Shown here one piece after another: positions 28,901 through 38,535 of a DNA stretch of 64,000 nt. The DNA comes from Acidobacteriota bacterium (GTDB taxonomy: Bacteria; Acidobacteriota; UBA6911; RPQK01; JADFOI01). Positions within the stretch are counted from its first letter, which is position 1. The number at the start of each line of letters is the position of its first letter. The notes beneath the pieces were generated by a model. That model was not told the DNA's origin. It did not search any database and was given only the letters and a program-made list of their open reading frames with translations. The position numbers and the translations under genes were made by a program. The stretch lies in the NCBI GenBank assembly GCA_963663035.1, contig OY760074.1, positions 2,496,001 through 2,560,000 on the forward strand. The letters are read 5' to 3'.

Positions 28901-29163
28901 TCAACTGACTGAAACCCTCTATAAGAGGCGGAAATCTCATAGTTCCCCGGGGGCAGCCTCAAGAATTCGTACTGTCCCTCTTCGTCCGTGGAGACGGAGT
29001 GGATGCGTCCATTCTCTTGATCATGCGCCTGCAGCAGGACACCTGGGATGACGCCTCCCGAAGCATCGCGGACCTGGCCCGAAACTTGAGCAGCGGGGGA
29101 CTGTGCCCACATGAAAGGCAGCGGCAAGAGGAGCACTAGACTCAAAAAAATGATTTTTCTCAT
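25987..29163 (-). CDS. TonB-dependent receptor (carboxypeptidase-regulatory N-domain, Oar-like)
   Basis: Signal peptide, GQVRDASGGVIPG, LDARNFF, FAPRLGLAW, RQLQLGLRYTF. Confidence 0.92.
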   Translation of the reverse strand: MRKIIFLSLVLLLPLPFMWAQSPAAQVSGQVRDASGGVIPGVLLQAHDQENGRIHSVSTDEEGQYEFLRLPPGNYEISASYRGFQSVEQKNLSLSAGQAISLDLTLEVQDAEQSITVVGEVAPLDLSSPHLSSLINEVSLSSLPINGRSLDSLALLAPGMIPVRAKDTRALNGTTAEISGNGARGTEYLLDGMDIQHPILKSTPGGVSGVLLGMDSVQEFEVLNDAYPAYLGGSGGATVSIITRRGTRDFHGSVFEYFRDSALDARNFFDRDPSNPTQRSDPPPLSRDQYGGSIGGPLPGQENTFFFSYEGLRERMGLTLFNTVPTDAARLGDLPSGSVTVSDDIKPLLNLYPRAVGRDFGDGSAEYVFQQQVPTDDQHFNARTDFRLGSNDSLFVRYTLQDSEKLAPFEVSIEGFDSDLNSRSQYLAVEETHLFSSRLLHTAQFAYNRGAYTSESVASTPELAATPPLIPSRPNMGRINIRGLTSFGTDTADVNFPFQQYQVSNGFQFTSGDHDLRWGFDWKHQTSAGDYKFFFDGLLVYENLEDFLTNVPQRFIGAQADADSHREYRQDLFALYVHDQYRWTPALSLSYGLRYEWFTVPTEKNDRISNLRNINDPAPTEGNPLFENPSLLNFAPRLGLAWNVGGNDRTVLRSGFGVFYEPIRENIFGYRVRIQSPFTTVRTTFRPPPQYPDPLGAGDGGNPRQDALEFNLSTPYVMRYHLLLQQSLGHQLVLRVGYFGSRGVHLPRVGDINIPAPQSVDPDGRLYFGTRPAARPNANLDAVRLTSTDANSIYNSLQVGLTRRWESGFQFLFNYTYGRSIDDASAYRREFTNSLPEATYYFDRSIDRGLSNFHIAHNAVLQYTWDLPGQFPQSSISGILLNDWQTAGIVTISSGYPFSANVSFDIVNNRVREGHRPDLVPGSDNNPVLWGPDNYFDVSSFTLQDEGHLGTLGRNSLIGPGFATLDVSATRSVQLSEQHGLQFRLEVFNLLNRANFSHPQNRGAGGGVIIFNDLDDECSVAPPDPACLGNGIPVGNAATIFSTTSSSRQLQLGLRYTF

Positions 29164-29355
29164 AATAACTCTCATCTTTCCTGTGACCTTATTCAGTTCT
29201 ACGAGATGACCTTTTCTGTTCTTACCTTTTTGTGTTCTGGTTCTACTGTTACTGCGTTCCTTTTGGGCGGCATGGTACAGGAAGGGTGTTATTTGGTCAA
29301 GAGACATCGACGCGGCCTGAGGCTCCTGCCACCCACTCCCAACACTCCCTAAAGA

Positions 29356-30246
29356 GTGATATATTGGTGCCCAGTGAAACCCTTATTTCGAATAGCCTCA
29401 GTTGGTAGCTTGACTCTTTTGCTGCTCAATTCCTGGACCATCTGCTGGGCCCAGGAACTGGAAACACCTCAGGCCCAGATCGGCTGGAAGGTGTTGATAG
29501 GAGCGGAACTGGTACTAGTCAAACTGCCCCCTGAAACGGCGCCGGTCCTTCCCTCCTGGGTGCCTCACGGTGAAAGGAGCGGAAGCCCTGACTCGATGCC
29601 TTCCTCCAGCGATTCAGAGTCGGCTCTGGCAGAGAGGATGAAGCTCTCACTCGAGCAGGCCATCCACATTGTGAACGGTTACCTTCCCCAAGATCTCGAG
29701 GGCGATTTCAAGCTGTGGATCTTTCAGGACATTCCCTATGCGGCCAAGACCTTGAGTCCTCAGCTGATTCTCTCAGCTGACGTGCTGAACTCTAAAAACT
29801 GGGAACGATTGCCCTTTGTACTCGCTCATGAGATTCATCATCTAGCCCTGATGCGGACTGGGTTTTTGAAAGCCCACCCCTCGGCCCGAGCCAGCATCTT
29901 AGCGGGACTCCTGACCGAAGGCGTTGCCACCTGGCTCTCCTATGCATCCGGTTTGTTTCCGGAACTGGATCAGATTCTGCAAGAACCTCAACAACTACAG
30001 GCAGCCTTCCACCGGATCCAACGAGCCCTGGACGAAGCAGCGGACGATGCTCCGGCCCGGTTGGATGATCTCTATGGCCAGAATAAGTGGGGCTACTATG
30101 TGGGGTGTCGGATGATCCAGCAAATTGAGGAGCGCTTTGGCAGAGAGGCCTGGCTTGCCTTGCTCAGCAAGTCTTCAGAGGAAGCCAATGAGGAACTCGT
30201 GCAACTTTACCTGGACACGAGTCCTCCCGCCGAATACCGGTTCTAG
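29356..30246 (+). CDS. Putative secreted Zn metalloprotease (HExxH)
   Basis: AHEIHH...LTEGVAT; GYYVG; signal peptide. Confidence 0.65.
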   Translation: MIYWCPVKPLFRIASVGSLTLLLLNSWTICWAQELETPQAQIGWKVLIGAELVLVKLPPETAPVLPSWVPHGERSGSPDSMPSSSDSESALAERMKLSLEQAIHIVNGYLPQDLEGDFKLWIFQDIPYAAKTLSPQLILSADVLNSKNWERLPFVLAHEIHHLALMRTGFLKAHPSARASILAGLLTEGVATWLSYASGLFPELDQILQEPQQLQAAFHRIQRALDEAADDAPARLDDLYGQNKWGYYVGCRMIQQIEERFGREAWLALLSKSSEEANEELVQLYLDTSPPAEYRF

Positions 30247-30444
30247 CCCGCATTTCTCACACCAGGTCGTCGCGAAGCGTAGAAAGGACCGGAAAACAGA
30301 GCCGTGGGCTTTAGCCCACGGGCCCGCAGGCTAAAGCCTGCGGCTCCGACTGGCGCGCGAGGGGTACCCGCTTGCGGGTCGCGCAACGCAGTCAGGTCGT
30401 GTCATTTCTACGATGCAGTAGACCTGGTGTGAGAAGTGCGGGCT
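30245..30444. mobile_element. MITE family B carrying a REP family A pair (30297-30346)
   Basis: Same TIRs; internal CAGAGCCGTGGGCTTTAGCCCACGGGCCCGCAGGCTAAAGCCTGCGGCTC. Confidence 0.8.
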
Positions 30445-31685
30445 CAGTTTTCTGACGGCTCTGACGGCTCTTCCAGCGAACGAAGCAGCTCAATGAGGGA
30501 ACGAATCCGGGCCGCGTCAGGGGCATCTGGCAGCACTTCAAGGTAGCGAGTGTAGTTTTCAACGGCTCGTGTGTGGTCTGCCAGGCGAAAGAAGATATCC
30601 CCCCGAAACTTGTAGGGGTCGGACAACTGCGCGTTCAACTCGGTGGCTCGATCGAACTCTCTGAGGGCACGACCAGAGTCTCCCTGCCTTGCCAGCAGCG
30701 CGCCCAGGTTGCTGTGGCATTCAGGAAAATTGTCGTCCAGCCTGACCGCCTCTTCCAGCGCCGCAAGAGCACTGGCTTGGTCTCCCAACTCGAGGTGACA
30801 CAGGCCAAGAATGTTTTGGGCCCGTGCCGAGCCAGGATCGATCTGGACCGCTTGCTGGGCGATGTTCAAGGCCTCCCCGGTGCTGCCGTCCCGCAAATAC
30901 AAAGCGGCCAACTCCACATAAGAAGGAATGAAGTTGGGGTTATTAGCGATTGTCTTTTTCAACTCGCTCTGCGCTGACAGACTATTCCCCTGGAGAAGAT
31001 TGGCCATCCCCAAGTTGTGCTGGGCCGGCGCAAAATCACTGTCAACTCGAAGAGCCTCCTGTAATTCACTTATGGCCCGACCAAACTGACCAAGACGGCT
31101 CAATGTAAACCCCAAGTTATTATAGGCATCGACGTAACTGGGCCGCACCTGTTTCGCCTTCATGAAAAACTCAGAGGATCGATGGTATTCCCCCTGTCTG
31201 TTGTAGACAATTCCCAGCGAGTTGTAGGCCTCAGCGAGATTGGGATCCAGTTCAATGGCCCTCTCCAGATGGGAGATAGCTCTCCTGTAGAATTGAGCGA
31301 CATTCATCCGGTGGGCCTGGACGGAGTACAAGATACCCAGGTTGGAATGGGCCGCGGCAAAATCCGCTTGCAGATCCAGAGCAGCCTCATAGGCTTCTGT
31401 GGCCCTGCCGTAGTCTGCTTTCTCAAAGTAGACCGCCCCCAGATTATTGTAGGCCTCGGCAAACTGGTTATCCAGGCGAACGGCCTCCCGATATTCATCC
31501 AGCGCCTGGTTCAACTCTCCCTCTTGCTGAAAGTTCGCTCCCTGGAAGAAATGGACGATGGCACGAATCTGCACCGCGGGCTGAAGGTTGTTTTGTGCTG
31601 CCGGGGGCTGGGGAGCGCCCAACAGGGTCAGCGAAGGCCACAACCCACAAAAGATCAGTAATTTCAAGAGAAAGTATCTAGGCAT
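30444..31685 (-). CDS. Secreted tetratricopeptide-repeat protein
   Basis: Many AYNNLG-type TPRs; signal peptide. Confidence 0.9.
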   Translation of the reverse strand: MPRYFLLKLLIFCGLWPSLTLLGAPQPPAAQNNLQPAVQIRAIVHFFQGANFQQEGELNQALDEYREAVRLDNQFAEAYNNLGAVYFEKADYGRATEAYEAALDLQADFAAAHSNLGILYSVQAHRMNVAQFYRRAISHLERAIELDPNLAEAYNSLGIVYNRQGEYHRSSEFFMKAKQVRPSYVDAYNNLGFTLSRLGQFGRAISELQEALRVDSDFAPAQHNLGMANLLQGNSLSAQSELKKTIANNPNFIPSYVELAALYLRDGSTGEALNIAQQAVQIDPGSARAQNILGLCHLELGDQASALAALEEAVRLDDNFPECHSNLGALLARQGDSGRALREFDRATELNAQLSDPYKFRGDIFFRLADHTRAVENYTRYLEVLPDAPDAARIRSLIELLRSLEEPSEPSEN

Positions 31686-31847
31686 AACGTTCTCCCCCTT
31701 CTCAGTAGAACTCGAATCGAGTCGATCCTGCTTTTCTACAGCTCCCAGAGTGTCTGCCTTTGAGGGAAGTCATCCCCTCCAGGGCAGGAGAGCCAGGCTG
31801 GCTCATGTTAACCCGTTTCCACCCGCTGAGACAAATTTATTTCCCTA

Positions 31848-32044
31848 TAACCCGCATTATGCATAGGTTTTCGTAGCGAAGTGGCGCAAGCGCCGCGACG
31901 ACAAGGCGTGCGAGGGGTACCCGCTTGCGGGTCGCGCCCCGCAGGTGTACTCGTGCAGTACGCCGAGGAGCGCAAGGAAGCACAACGCCGTCAGCGTGGA
32001 TGATTGCGACACTGTAGCAGGAAATTTATGCATAATGCGGGTTA
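31848..32044. mobile_element. MITE family C (TIR TAACCCGCATTATGCATA)
   Basis: 18-bp perfect TIR; core shared with family B. Confidence 0.8.
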
Positions 32045-32063
32045 ATATAGTTCCTAACTACTA

Positions 32064-32765
32064 GTGCCGAACCTCAGCAATCTCTATAATTGCACGGTCG
32101 TGCACAAGTCATCCACGATTGGACTCATCAGTGGGACCGGAGACCAAGGTCACGGCATCGCAGTGCGTCTAGCGGCAGCTGGCAATACTCTGTCGCTGGG
32201 ATCCCGCTCAGCCGAGCGGGCTGGTCAGACAGCCCGTCAAATCAATCAGAAGATCGGAGAAGAGAGAGTCCGCGGTATGGACAATCATGAGTTGGTGGCC
32301 AGCTGCGAGATCCTCTTTTTGACAGTCCCATTCGCCCATGCCGAGCAGGTGATCAATGAATATCGCCAGGACTTTTCCGAGAGCCAGATCCTGGTGGACG
32401 TCACAGTTCCAGTTGTCTTTGACAAAGGGCCTCGGCTGCTTGACATGAAGAGCGGTTCAGGAGCTGAGCATTTACAAAGTCTCTTGCCTTCGGGTCTTCC
32501 GCTGGTGGCAGCCTTCAAGACTTTACCTGCTCACTTGCTGGTCGAGATCGAGTCACCTCTAGCTTGCGACGAGTTCATCTGCTCGGATCACTCCTCAGCA
32601 AAGACACGTGTCCTGGAGGTCGTGAGCCAAATCGCCTCCTTACGATGGATTGACGCCGGTGGGCTGCGCTATAGCCGTTCATTGGAAGCCATCACCCTGT
32701 TGGAAATTGCTTTGAACCGGCGTTACAAGGTCAAGGAGGCCCGTATGCAAGTGGTGGGTTTATAG
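32064..32765 (+). CDS. npdG: NADPH-dependent F420 reductase (start may be GTG 32100)
   Basis: GTGDQGHG, LGSRSAERA, LTVPF, IDAGGL; F420 context. Confidence 0.85.
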   Translation: MPNLSNLYNCTVVHKSSTIGLISGTGDQGHGIAVRLAAAGNTLSLGSRSAERAGQTARQINQKIGEERVRGMDNHELVASCEILFLTVPFAHAEQVINEYRQDFSESQILVDVTVPVVFDKGPRLLDMKSGSGAEHLQSLLPSGLPLVAAFKTLPAHLLVEIESPLACDEFICSDHSSAKTRVLEVVSQIASLRWIDAGGLRYSRSLEAITLLEIALNRRYKVKEARMQVVGL

Positions 32766-32775
32766 GGCCCCAAGC

Positions 32776-33696
32776 ATGATTGTGATGCTGGCGGGAGGGG
32801 TGGGCGCCTCAAAACTCATCCTGGGATTCTCCAAACTGCTAGAGCCCGAGCAACTGACCATTATTGGAAATACTGGCGATGACATCGAGTTATTCGGACT
32901 ACGCATTTGCCCGGATCTGGACACCATCATCTACACCCTGTCTGGAAAGGTGAACCCGGCAACAGGCTGGGGCATTCGGGAGGACTCTTTCGATTGTCTG
33001 AAGGCACTGAAAAGATTCGGAGGGCCAAGTTGGTTTCAATTGGGAGATCGTGATCTGGCCACTCATCTCTGGCGTACTTCACTGCTGAAGCAGGGTCACT
33101 CACTGACCCAGGTCACCCACAGCATTTGCCAAGCTCTCGGGGTGCATTCCCCGCTACTCCCTATGACTGACTCCTATGTCCCCACCTATCTCGTGACCGA
33201 CCAGGGAAAACTCCATCTCCAGGAGTATTTGGTTCGAGAACAGTGCCGTCCCATTCTCAGGGAGCTGAGATACTCGAACATTGAGCAGGCTCAACCTGCC
33301 CCCGGTGTGGCTGAGGCAATTCTGAAGGCTGAGGTTGTGTTGCTGTGCCCCAGTAATCCATTCATCAGCATTGGCCCCATCCTGGCAGTTCCAGGCCTCA
33401 AGGAGCTGCTGGTTCAAACGGAGGCTCAAGTCCTTGCGGTAACCCCAATCGTGAACCAGCGCGCCCTCAAAGGACCAACGGCCAAAATGTTGAAGGAACT
33501 TGCCTACGCGGTTTCGCCCACCTCCATCGCGGAGCTCTATAAAGATTTTGTGGATGTCTTTGTTCTGGACGAAAGGGACCGGGAATTGCGAGAAGAGATC
33601 GAAGCACTCCAGGTCAGGGTTCTGACCAGCAACACGGTGATGACAAGCATGGAAGACAAGATCAACCTGGCTCGAGAACTTCTGGAGATGCTATGA
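32776..33696 (+). CDS. cofD: 2-phospho-L-lactate transferase
   Basis: LAGGVGASK, NTGDD, CPDLDT, WFQLGDRD, PSNPFISIGPIL. Confidence 0.95.
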   Translation: MIVMLAGGVGASKLILGFSKLLEPEQLTIIGNTGDDIELFGLRICPDLDTIIYTLSGKVNPATGWGIREDSFDCLKALKRFGGPSWFQLGDRDLATHLWRTSLLKQGHSLTQVTHSICQALGVHSPLLPMTDSYVPTYLVTDQGKLHLQEYLVREQCRPILRELRYSNIEQAQPAPGVAEAILKAEVVLLCPSNPFISIGPILAVPGLKELLVQTEAQVLAVTPIVNQRALKGPTAKMLKELAYAVSPTSIAELYKDFVDVFVLDERDRELREEIEALQVRVLTSNTVMTSMEDKINLARELLEML

Positions 33697-34352
33697 AGGT
33701 GGTTTTGCTACCTCTGAAAGATCCAGCCCAGGCCAAGCAACGACTGGCAGGACACCTGTCTCCTCAAGAACGCCAGGCGCTCGCCTGGGCCATGCTTGAG
33801 GATGTCACCGCCGCTGTGGGGGCAGCCACCACTCCAGAGCAGGTCGTGGTCGTCACCAGTTGCCAGCCTGGCATGCGCCACGCCCAGAAAAACAGCTGGC
33901 AAGTGATTGAGGAGAATCACCAGATCTCAGAAAGTCATTCGGTGGATCGCTCCTGCAAAATCCTGCAGGAGCGGGGAGCTTCGGTCGTTCTACGGCTTCC
34001 CACGGACATTCCATTGCTTCAACCTGAAGATATCGACTCTCTCCTCGACCTGGAGCTGCAGCCTCCATCGGCTCTTATCGTGCCATCACGAGACGGGACG
34101 GGGACCAATGCACTCTTAAGGACACCTCCTAGCGCCTTCCCTTCTCGTTTTGGCGAAAACAGCGTCGTCCTTCATCAACAGGAAGCGCGGCATCACCAGG
34201 TCGAGCTAAAGATCCTGGAAAACCCTCGAATCGCGTTTGACCTGGACGAACTCTCTGATCTTCTCTGCTTCAGCCAACTGGAAAGTGATACCAACACCGG
34301 CCAGATTTTGAAACAGTTCGAGTCGCTAAAGAAACATGCTGGACACCCATGA
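33693..34352 (+). CDS. cofC: 2-phospho-L-lactate/PEP guanylyltransferase
   Basis: PLK...AKQRL, AMLEDV, DIPLL, GTGTNAL, FDLD. Confidence 0.92.
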   Translation: MKVVLLPLKDPAQAKQRLAGHLSPQERQALAWAMLEDVTAAVGAATTPEQVVVVTSCQPGMRHAQKNSWQVIEENHQISESHSVDRSCKILQERGASVVLRLPTDIPLLQPEDIDSLLDLELQPPSALIVPSRDGTGTNALLRTPPSAFPSRFGENSVVLHQQEARHHQVELKILENPRIAFDLDELSDLLCFSQLESDTNTGQILKQFESLKKHAGHP

Positions 34353-35098
34353 GTGAGCTACAGGTCATTGGAGTTCCCGGAATCCCGGAAGTGGCTCCAG
34401 GAGTCAATCTGGGAAAACTCATTGCTCAGTCCATTGGAGAAGCCGGCCTGAAGGTGAAAGACAGGGACATCCTTGTGGTAGCCCAGAAGATCGTCTCCAA
34501 GGCCGAAGGGCAAGTGCTGGAACTGGCAGAGGTTGAACCCTCGCCTCTAGCCCATCGCTGGGCCACGACCCATGGCAAGGACGCCAGGCTGGTTGAGATC
34601 GTTTTGAGAGAGTCGCGGCGCCTGCTGCGGATGGAGCGTGGGTTACTGATTGTCGAAACATGGCATGGCTTCGTCTGTGCCAATGCCGGGGTCGATACTT
34701 CCAACACCCCGAGGGGAACAGTCACGCTGTTGCCCAAAGATCCCGATTCTTCCGCCGCACAAATTCGGCAGGAGATGGAGAGCGAATTCGGAGTCCAGCT
34801 TGCAGTCATCGTTTCCGACACCTTTGGACGCCCCTGGCGGGAAGGCCTGGTGAACGTGGCGTTGGGAGTTGCCGGCATGCAGCCCTTGGCAGACTATCGA
34901 GGACAGATGGATTGTTTCGGACGGCAGTTGCAAGTCACCCGAATAGCCGTGGCCGACGAACTGGCCTCAACCGCAGAGCTGGTGATGGGAAAGACAAAGG
35001 GTGTGCCGGTGGCCCTGATTCGGGGCATGACCTACCCGGAAGGGGAAGGACACGGCAGGCAGATTCTTCGCTCTTCGGAAAAGGATCTCTTTCGTTAG
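34349..35098 (+). CDS. cofE: Coenzyme F420-0:L-glutamate ligase
   Basis: QKIVSKAEG, CANAGVD, LLPKDPD, DTFGRPWREG, ADELAS. Confidence 0.95.
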   Translation: MSELQVIGVPGIPEVAPGVNLGKLIAQSIGEAGLKVKDRDILVVAQKIVSKAEGQVLELAEVEPSPLAHRWATTHGKDARLVEIVLRESRRLLRMERGLLIVETWHGFVCANAGVDTSNTPRGTVTLLPKDPDSSAAQIRQEMESEFGVQLAVIVSDTFGRPWREGLVNVALGVAGMQPLADYRGQMDCFGRQLQVTRIAVADELASTAELVMGKTKGVPVALIRGMTYPEGEGHGRQILRSSEKDLFR

Positions 35099-35175
35099 TC
35101 AAAAAAGAGGATAATGTTTGTTGATGTTCAGGAGCGTCACCAGCGGTAATAGTAGCTGACCCAGAGGAGGAGCTT

Positions 35176-35646
35176 ATGAAGGATCTGAGGGCCAAGGATA
35201 TTATGAACACTGATGTGATGTCAGTCAGAGATAACATGACAGTCCAGGAGTTATCAGCTTTCCTGACCGAAAGGGAGATTTTAGGTGCACCGGTTGTAGA
35301 TGCTGAGGGGGAAATAGTGGGAGTTGTTTCCTGTACCGATATCGTCCAAAGTACGACTGAAAAGGCCAGCATCGTCCTGGATCGAGCCACCCCTGGATTC
35401 TATGAACACGGTTGGGAGGACAAGATCAATCTGGATGAGATCGAGGGGCTGCACATTGAGAATGAGTCTCTTCCGGTCAGTGAGATCATGACACCAACCA
35501 TCTACACCGTTCCAGAGGACACGCAAATTTCCGAGATCGCCAAGACCATGGTGGCTGGGCGGATCCACAGGCTTTTTGTGACTCGCGGCACCGAACCGGT
35601 TGGGATCATAACGACCCTGGACATGCTGAAAGTTTTCTTCAACTGA
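35176..35646 (+). CDS. CBS-domain protein
   Basis: Two CBS repeats. Confidence 0.88.
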   Translation: MKDLRAKDIMNTDVMSVRDNMTVQELSAFLTEREILGAPVVDAEGEIVGVVSCTDIVQSTTEKASIVLDRATPGFYEHGWEDKINLDEIEGLHIENESLPVSEIMTPTIYTVPEDTQISEIAKTMVAGRIHRLFVTRGTEPVGIITTLDMLKVFFN

Positions 35647-35677
35647 TCAAATTCAACCGCCCAGTAACCTGATCAGC

Positions 35678-37396
35678 ATGCACCCGAGTGATCGCCTTCT
35701 CCAGACTCTTCACGGGATCAATGGCAAAGGTTACAAGGCCTACAAAGAGACAAAAGGGGTCTACGATTTTGCCGAGTTCTCGCTCTCCATTGATTATGTC
35801 CAAGGTGATCCTTTTGCGACTCCTTCCCGCCTCAGCATTCAGATTCCTTCTTCCCAAGCGGGTTTTCCATCTGAGCTGTACGCCAACAAGATCCGGAAGG
35901 TCGCTCTGGGCGATTTCCTGAGCCGGGCATTCCAGAAAGCAATTCAGAGCACAGCCAAAGGAAAACGAGGAAGCGGAAACAGCGGCCTTTTTACCATCGA
36001 CTGTGGGCAGCAGGAGGTTCTGGAGAGAAACAGTCTTCTCATCAGTGAGGATTTTGTGGAGGCCCGGTTTGGCGTAGGGCTCCCTGCTTCAGGGCGAAGA
36101 ATCCTGGGGCTGGAGGCCGAACAGATGCTCTTTCACGAGCTTCCCGTAATCGTGGATCAGTCCCTCTTCTACAAAAACCTTCCCACCGAACAGTTACAAC
36201 AACATGTTCAAGTGGTGGAGGATCAGGAAGCTCTGCGCGAGCAGCTAGCAGGACAGGGTCTGGTGGCCTTCATCGCAAATGGCTCGACGCTTCCCAGAAG
36301 GAGCGGCGTTGATGACCGTCCGCTGAGAGAAGACGCTGGAGAGATCGTGGTTCCCTTTCAATCGCCTCCCCAGTTGGAGGTGGAACTGAGCCAACCCAAT
36401 CAGGGTCCTGTTCGGGGCATGGGAATTCCCAGGGGAGTCACCCTGATCGTGGGAGGAGGCTTCCACGGCAAGTCCACGCTCCTGCGGGCTCTCGAGCGGG
36501 GTGTTTACAACCATGTCGGCGGGGACGGTCGTGAGCTGGCGGTGACGATTCACTCAGCCGTCAAGATTCGAGCTGAGGACGGACGTTCCGTTGAAAAAGT
36601 CGATATTTCTCCTTTTATTAACAACCTTCCGCACGGCAGGAACACCGCCCCCTTTTCCACAGCAAACGCTTCAGGCTCCACATCCCAGGCTGCCAATATC
36701 ATTGAAGCTCTGGAAGTGGGAGCAAAGCTTCTCCTCATTGACGAAGATACATCGGCCACAAACTTCGTCATCCGCGATGCTCGTATGCAGGCCCTGGTCG
36801 AGAAAAAAAGGGAGCCCATTACTCCCTTTGTCGATAAGGTAGGGCAGCTCTTTGAAGACTACGGAACCTCGACCATTCTGGTGATGGGGGGCTCAGGCGA
36901 CTACTTTGAGAGAGCCGACCGAATCATTCTGTTGGACCAATACCGACCCAGTGTCGTCACGGAAGAGGCCAGAAAGATCGTTGAAGTTTTTCCCACCAGG
37001 CGAAGAACGGAGGGAGGAGAAAAGTTTGGAGAGTTGATCAATCGGCACCCCCTAGCCAAGAGTTTTGACCCCAGCCGCGGAAAGCGCGATGTCAAAATCG
37101 ACGCCAAGGGTGTCAAGAAGATCCTCTTTGGGACCACCGAGGTCGATCTTTCAGCGCTTGAACAGTTGGTGGATGTTTCCCAGACACGCGCCATCGGAGA
37201 GGCTATCTTTTACTATGCAGAGCACTACGCCTCCAAAGACCTGTCTCTGAAGGAGGGTCTCCAGCAGCTAATGGATCAACTGGAAGAAAACGGTCTTGAT
37301 ATGCTCACACCTTTCAAGACCGGAAACCTTGCTCGGCCCAGGATTTTCGAGATTGCCTTTGCCATCAACAGGATGCGCTCCCTGCGAGTGAGATGA
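35678..37396 (+). CDS. ABC-class ATPase-domain protein
   Basis: VQGDPFA, GGGFHGKSTLL, IRAEDGR, ASGSTSQA, IDEDTSATNF. Confidence 0.88.
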   Translation: MHPSDRLLQTLHGINGKGYKAYKETKGVYDFAEFSLSIDYVQGDPFATPSRLSIQIPSSQAGFPSELYANKIRKVALGDFLSRAFQKAIQSTAKGKRGSGNSGLFTIDCGQQEVLERNSLLISEDFVEARFGVGLPASGRRILGLEAEQMLFHELPVIVDQSLFYKNLPTEQLQQHVQVVEDQEALREQLAGQGLVAFIANGSTLPRRSGVDDRPLREDAGEIVVPFQSPPQLEVELSQPNQGPVRGMGIPRGVTLIVGGGFHGKSTLLRALERGVYNHVGGDGRELAVTIHSAVKIRAEDGRSVEKVDISPFINNLPHGRNTAPFSTANASGSTSQAANIIEALEVGAKLLLIDEDTSATNFVIRDARMQALVEKKREPITPFVDKVGQLFEDYGTSTILVMGGSGDYFERADRIILLDQYRPSVVTEEARKIVEVFPTRRRTEGGEKFGELINRHPLAKSFDPSRGKRDVKIDAKGVKKILFGTTEVDLSALEQLVDVSQTRAIGEAIFYYAEHYASKDLSLKEGLQQLMDQLEENGLDMLTPFKTGNLARPRIFEIAFAINRMRSLRVR

Positions 37397-37401
37397 GGGA
37401 T

Positions 37402-38472
37402 TTATTGAAAGCGGACAAAGGCAACTTTGAGCTGGCGGGTTTGAGCTTCTGCCTTCTTCCACTGGACGAGAATAGGGCTCTGGTGGTTTCCCTGGACGAT
37501 GGAGCCTCTCTCCTCTCCATCCTGCTGGGAAACCATGAGGCTCAGCGATCGCTTGACTCCTAGAAAGCGGGCGGCGGGTACGGCCTGGAACTTGTTGATT
37601 ATGCGTTCCAGGAGCGACTCACTCAGTCCCAAGGCATCCAGGACCTCGTTGACCACCTGTACCAGATCGTATTTTGCGTAATCTTTAGCCTTTCTGGGGA
37701 TGGCCTTTGGGTCACGGAGCATATGCCTGCCCTTCTCGGCCATAAATCGAACCGGGTTGCGCATCACCTCGGCCAGATCGTGTTTCATCAGCAGTGTTTC
37801 GTATTCATTGACGGTAAGACCGGCATGGAATTCGTTGGGTGCCAGGCTAATGTCAATGCGGCCGTTGACGATCTCATAGCGATCCAGGAGCTCCTGCAGC
37901 TGATCAAACAAGCCCAGACGAGTATCTTTCAGGTTCACCGAGTCCACGGGATGCCTGGAAAGTGGGATAGCCACCACAGTCTTGTCCACCAGCTTTTCCT
38001 GGCTGAAGCCGATCACCGTCGTCTGGCGTCGGCGCCTGGTCCCACCGCAGACGCCGTCCAGGTCGATAAAGTAAACCGGCGTTTTCGGGCAGTTGCGATA
38101 GGTAACACAACTTCTCAGGCCGGAGCCGATGAAGGTCAGATGTGAGTCAGCATTGAGGGGTTCCTCGCGCCGCTGCTCCTCACTCAGCTCCTTCCTCAGA
38201 TGGAGCTTATCGTGATGGTAGTTGGCATTGGGGGGGAATAGCTTCTGGAACGACTGGACAAAAGCCTAGAGGGAATCTCGGCTATGGTTCAGCCGCGCGC
38301 AGAATCTTTGCTCGAAGTAGCCGGCCGTCGTGTGGTAGGAGTGGTAAAAGGCCTTTGGGAACTGGGAAAGGATGTCGCCGAACTGCTGACTGATCCGCTC
38401 AGTAACGTTGATGACATCCAAGCGGGAGTGCGGCGTGAGCTCCAGTGTGATCTCTGTCTTCGAGGATGCCAT
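37402..38472 (-). pseudogene. YjbQ/UPF0047-like protein with one in-frame TAG (38268-38266)
   Basis: ORFs 38266-38472 and 37402-38016 are in one frame, open apart from the TAG; HTTAG, YHHD, NADSHL, DLDG motifs. Confidence 0.75.
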
Positions 38473-38535
38473 CGTTAACTTCGAGCCCTTTGGAGCTTAC
38501 GATCTCAGGTAACATCATGTCAACTGAACGAAGAT

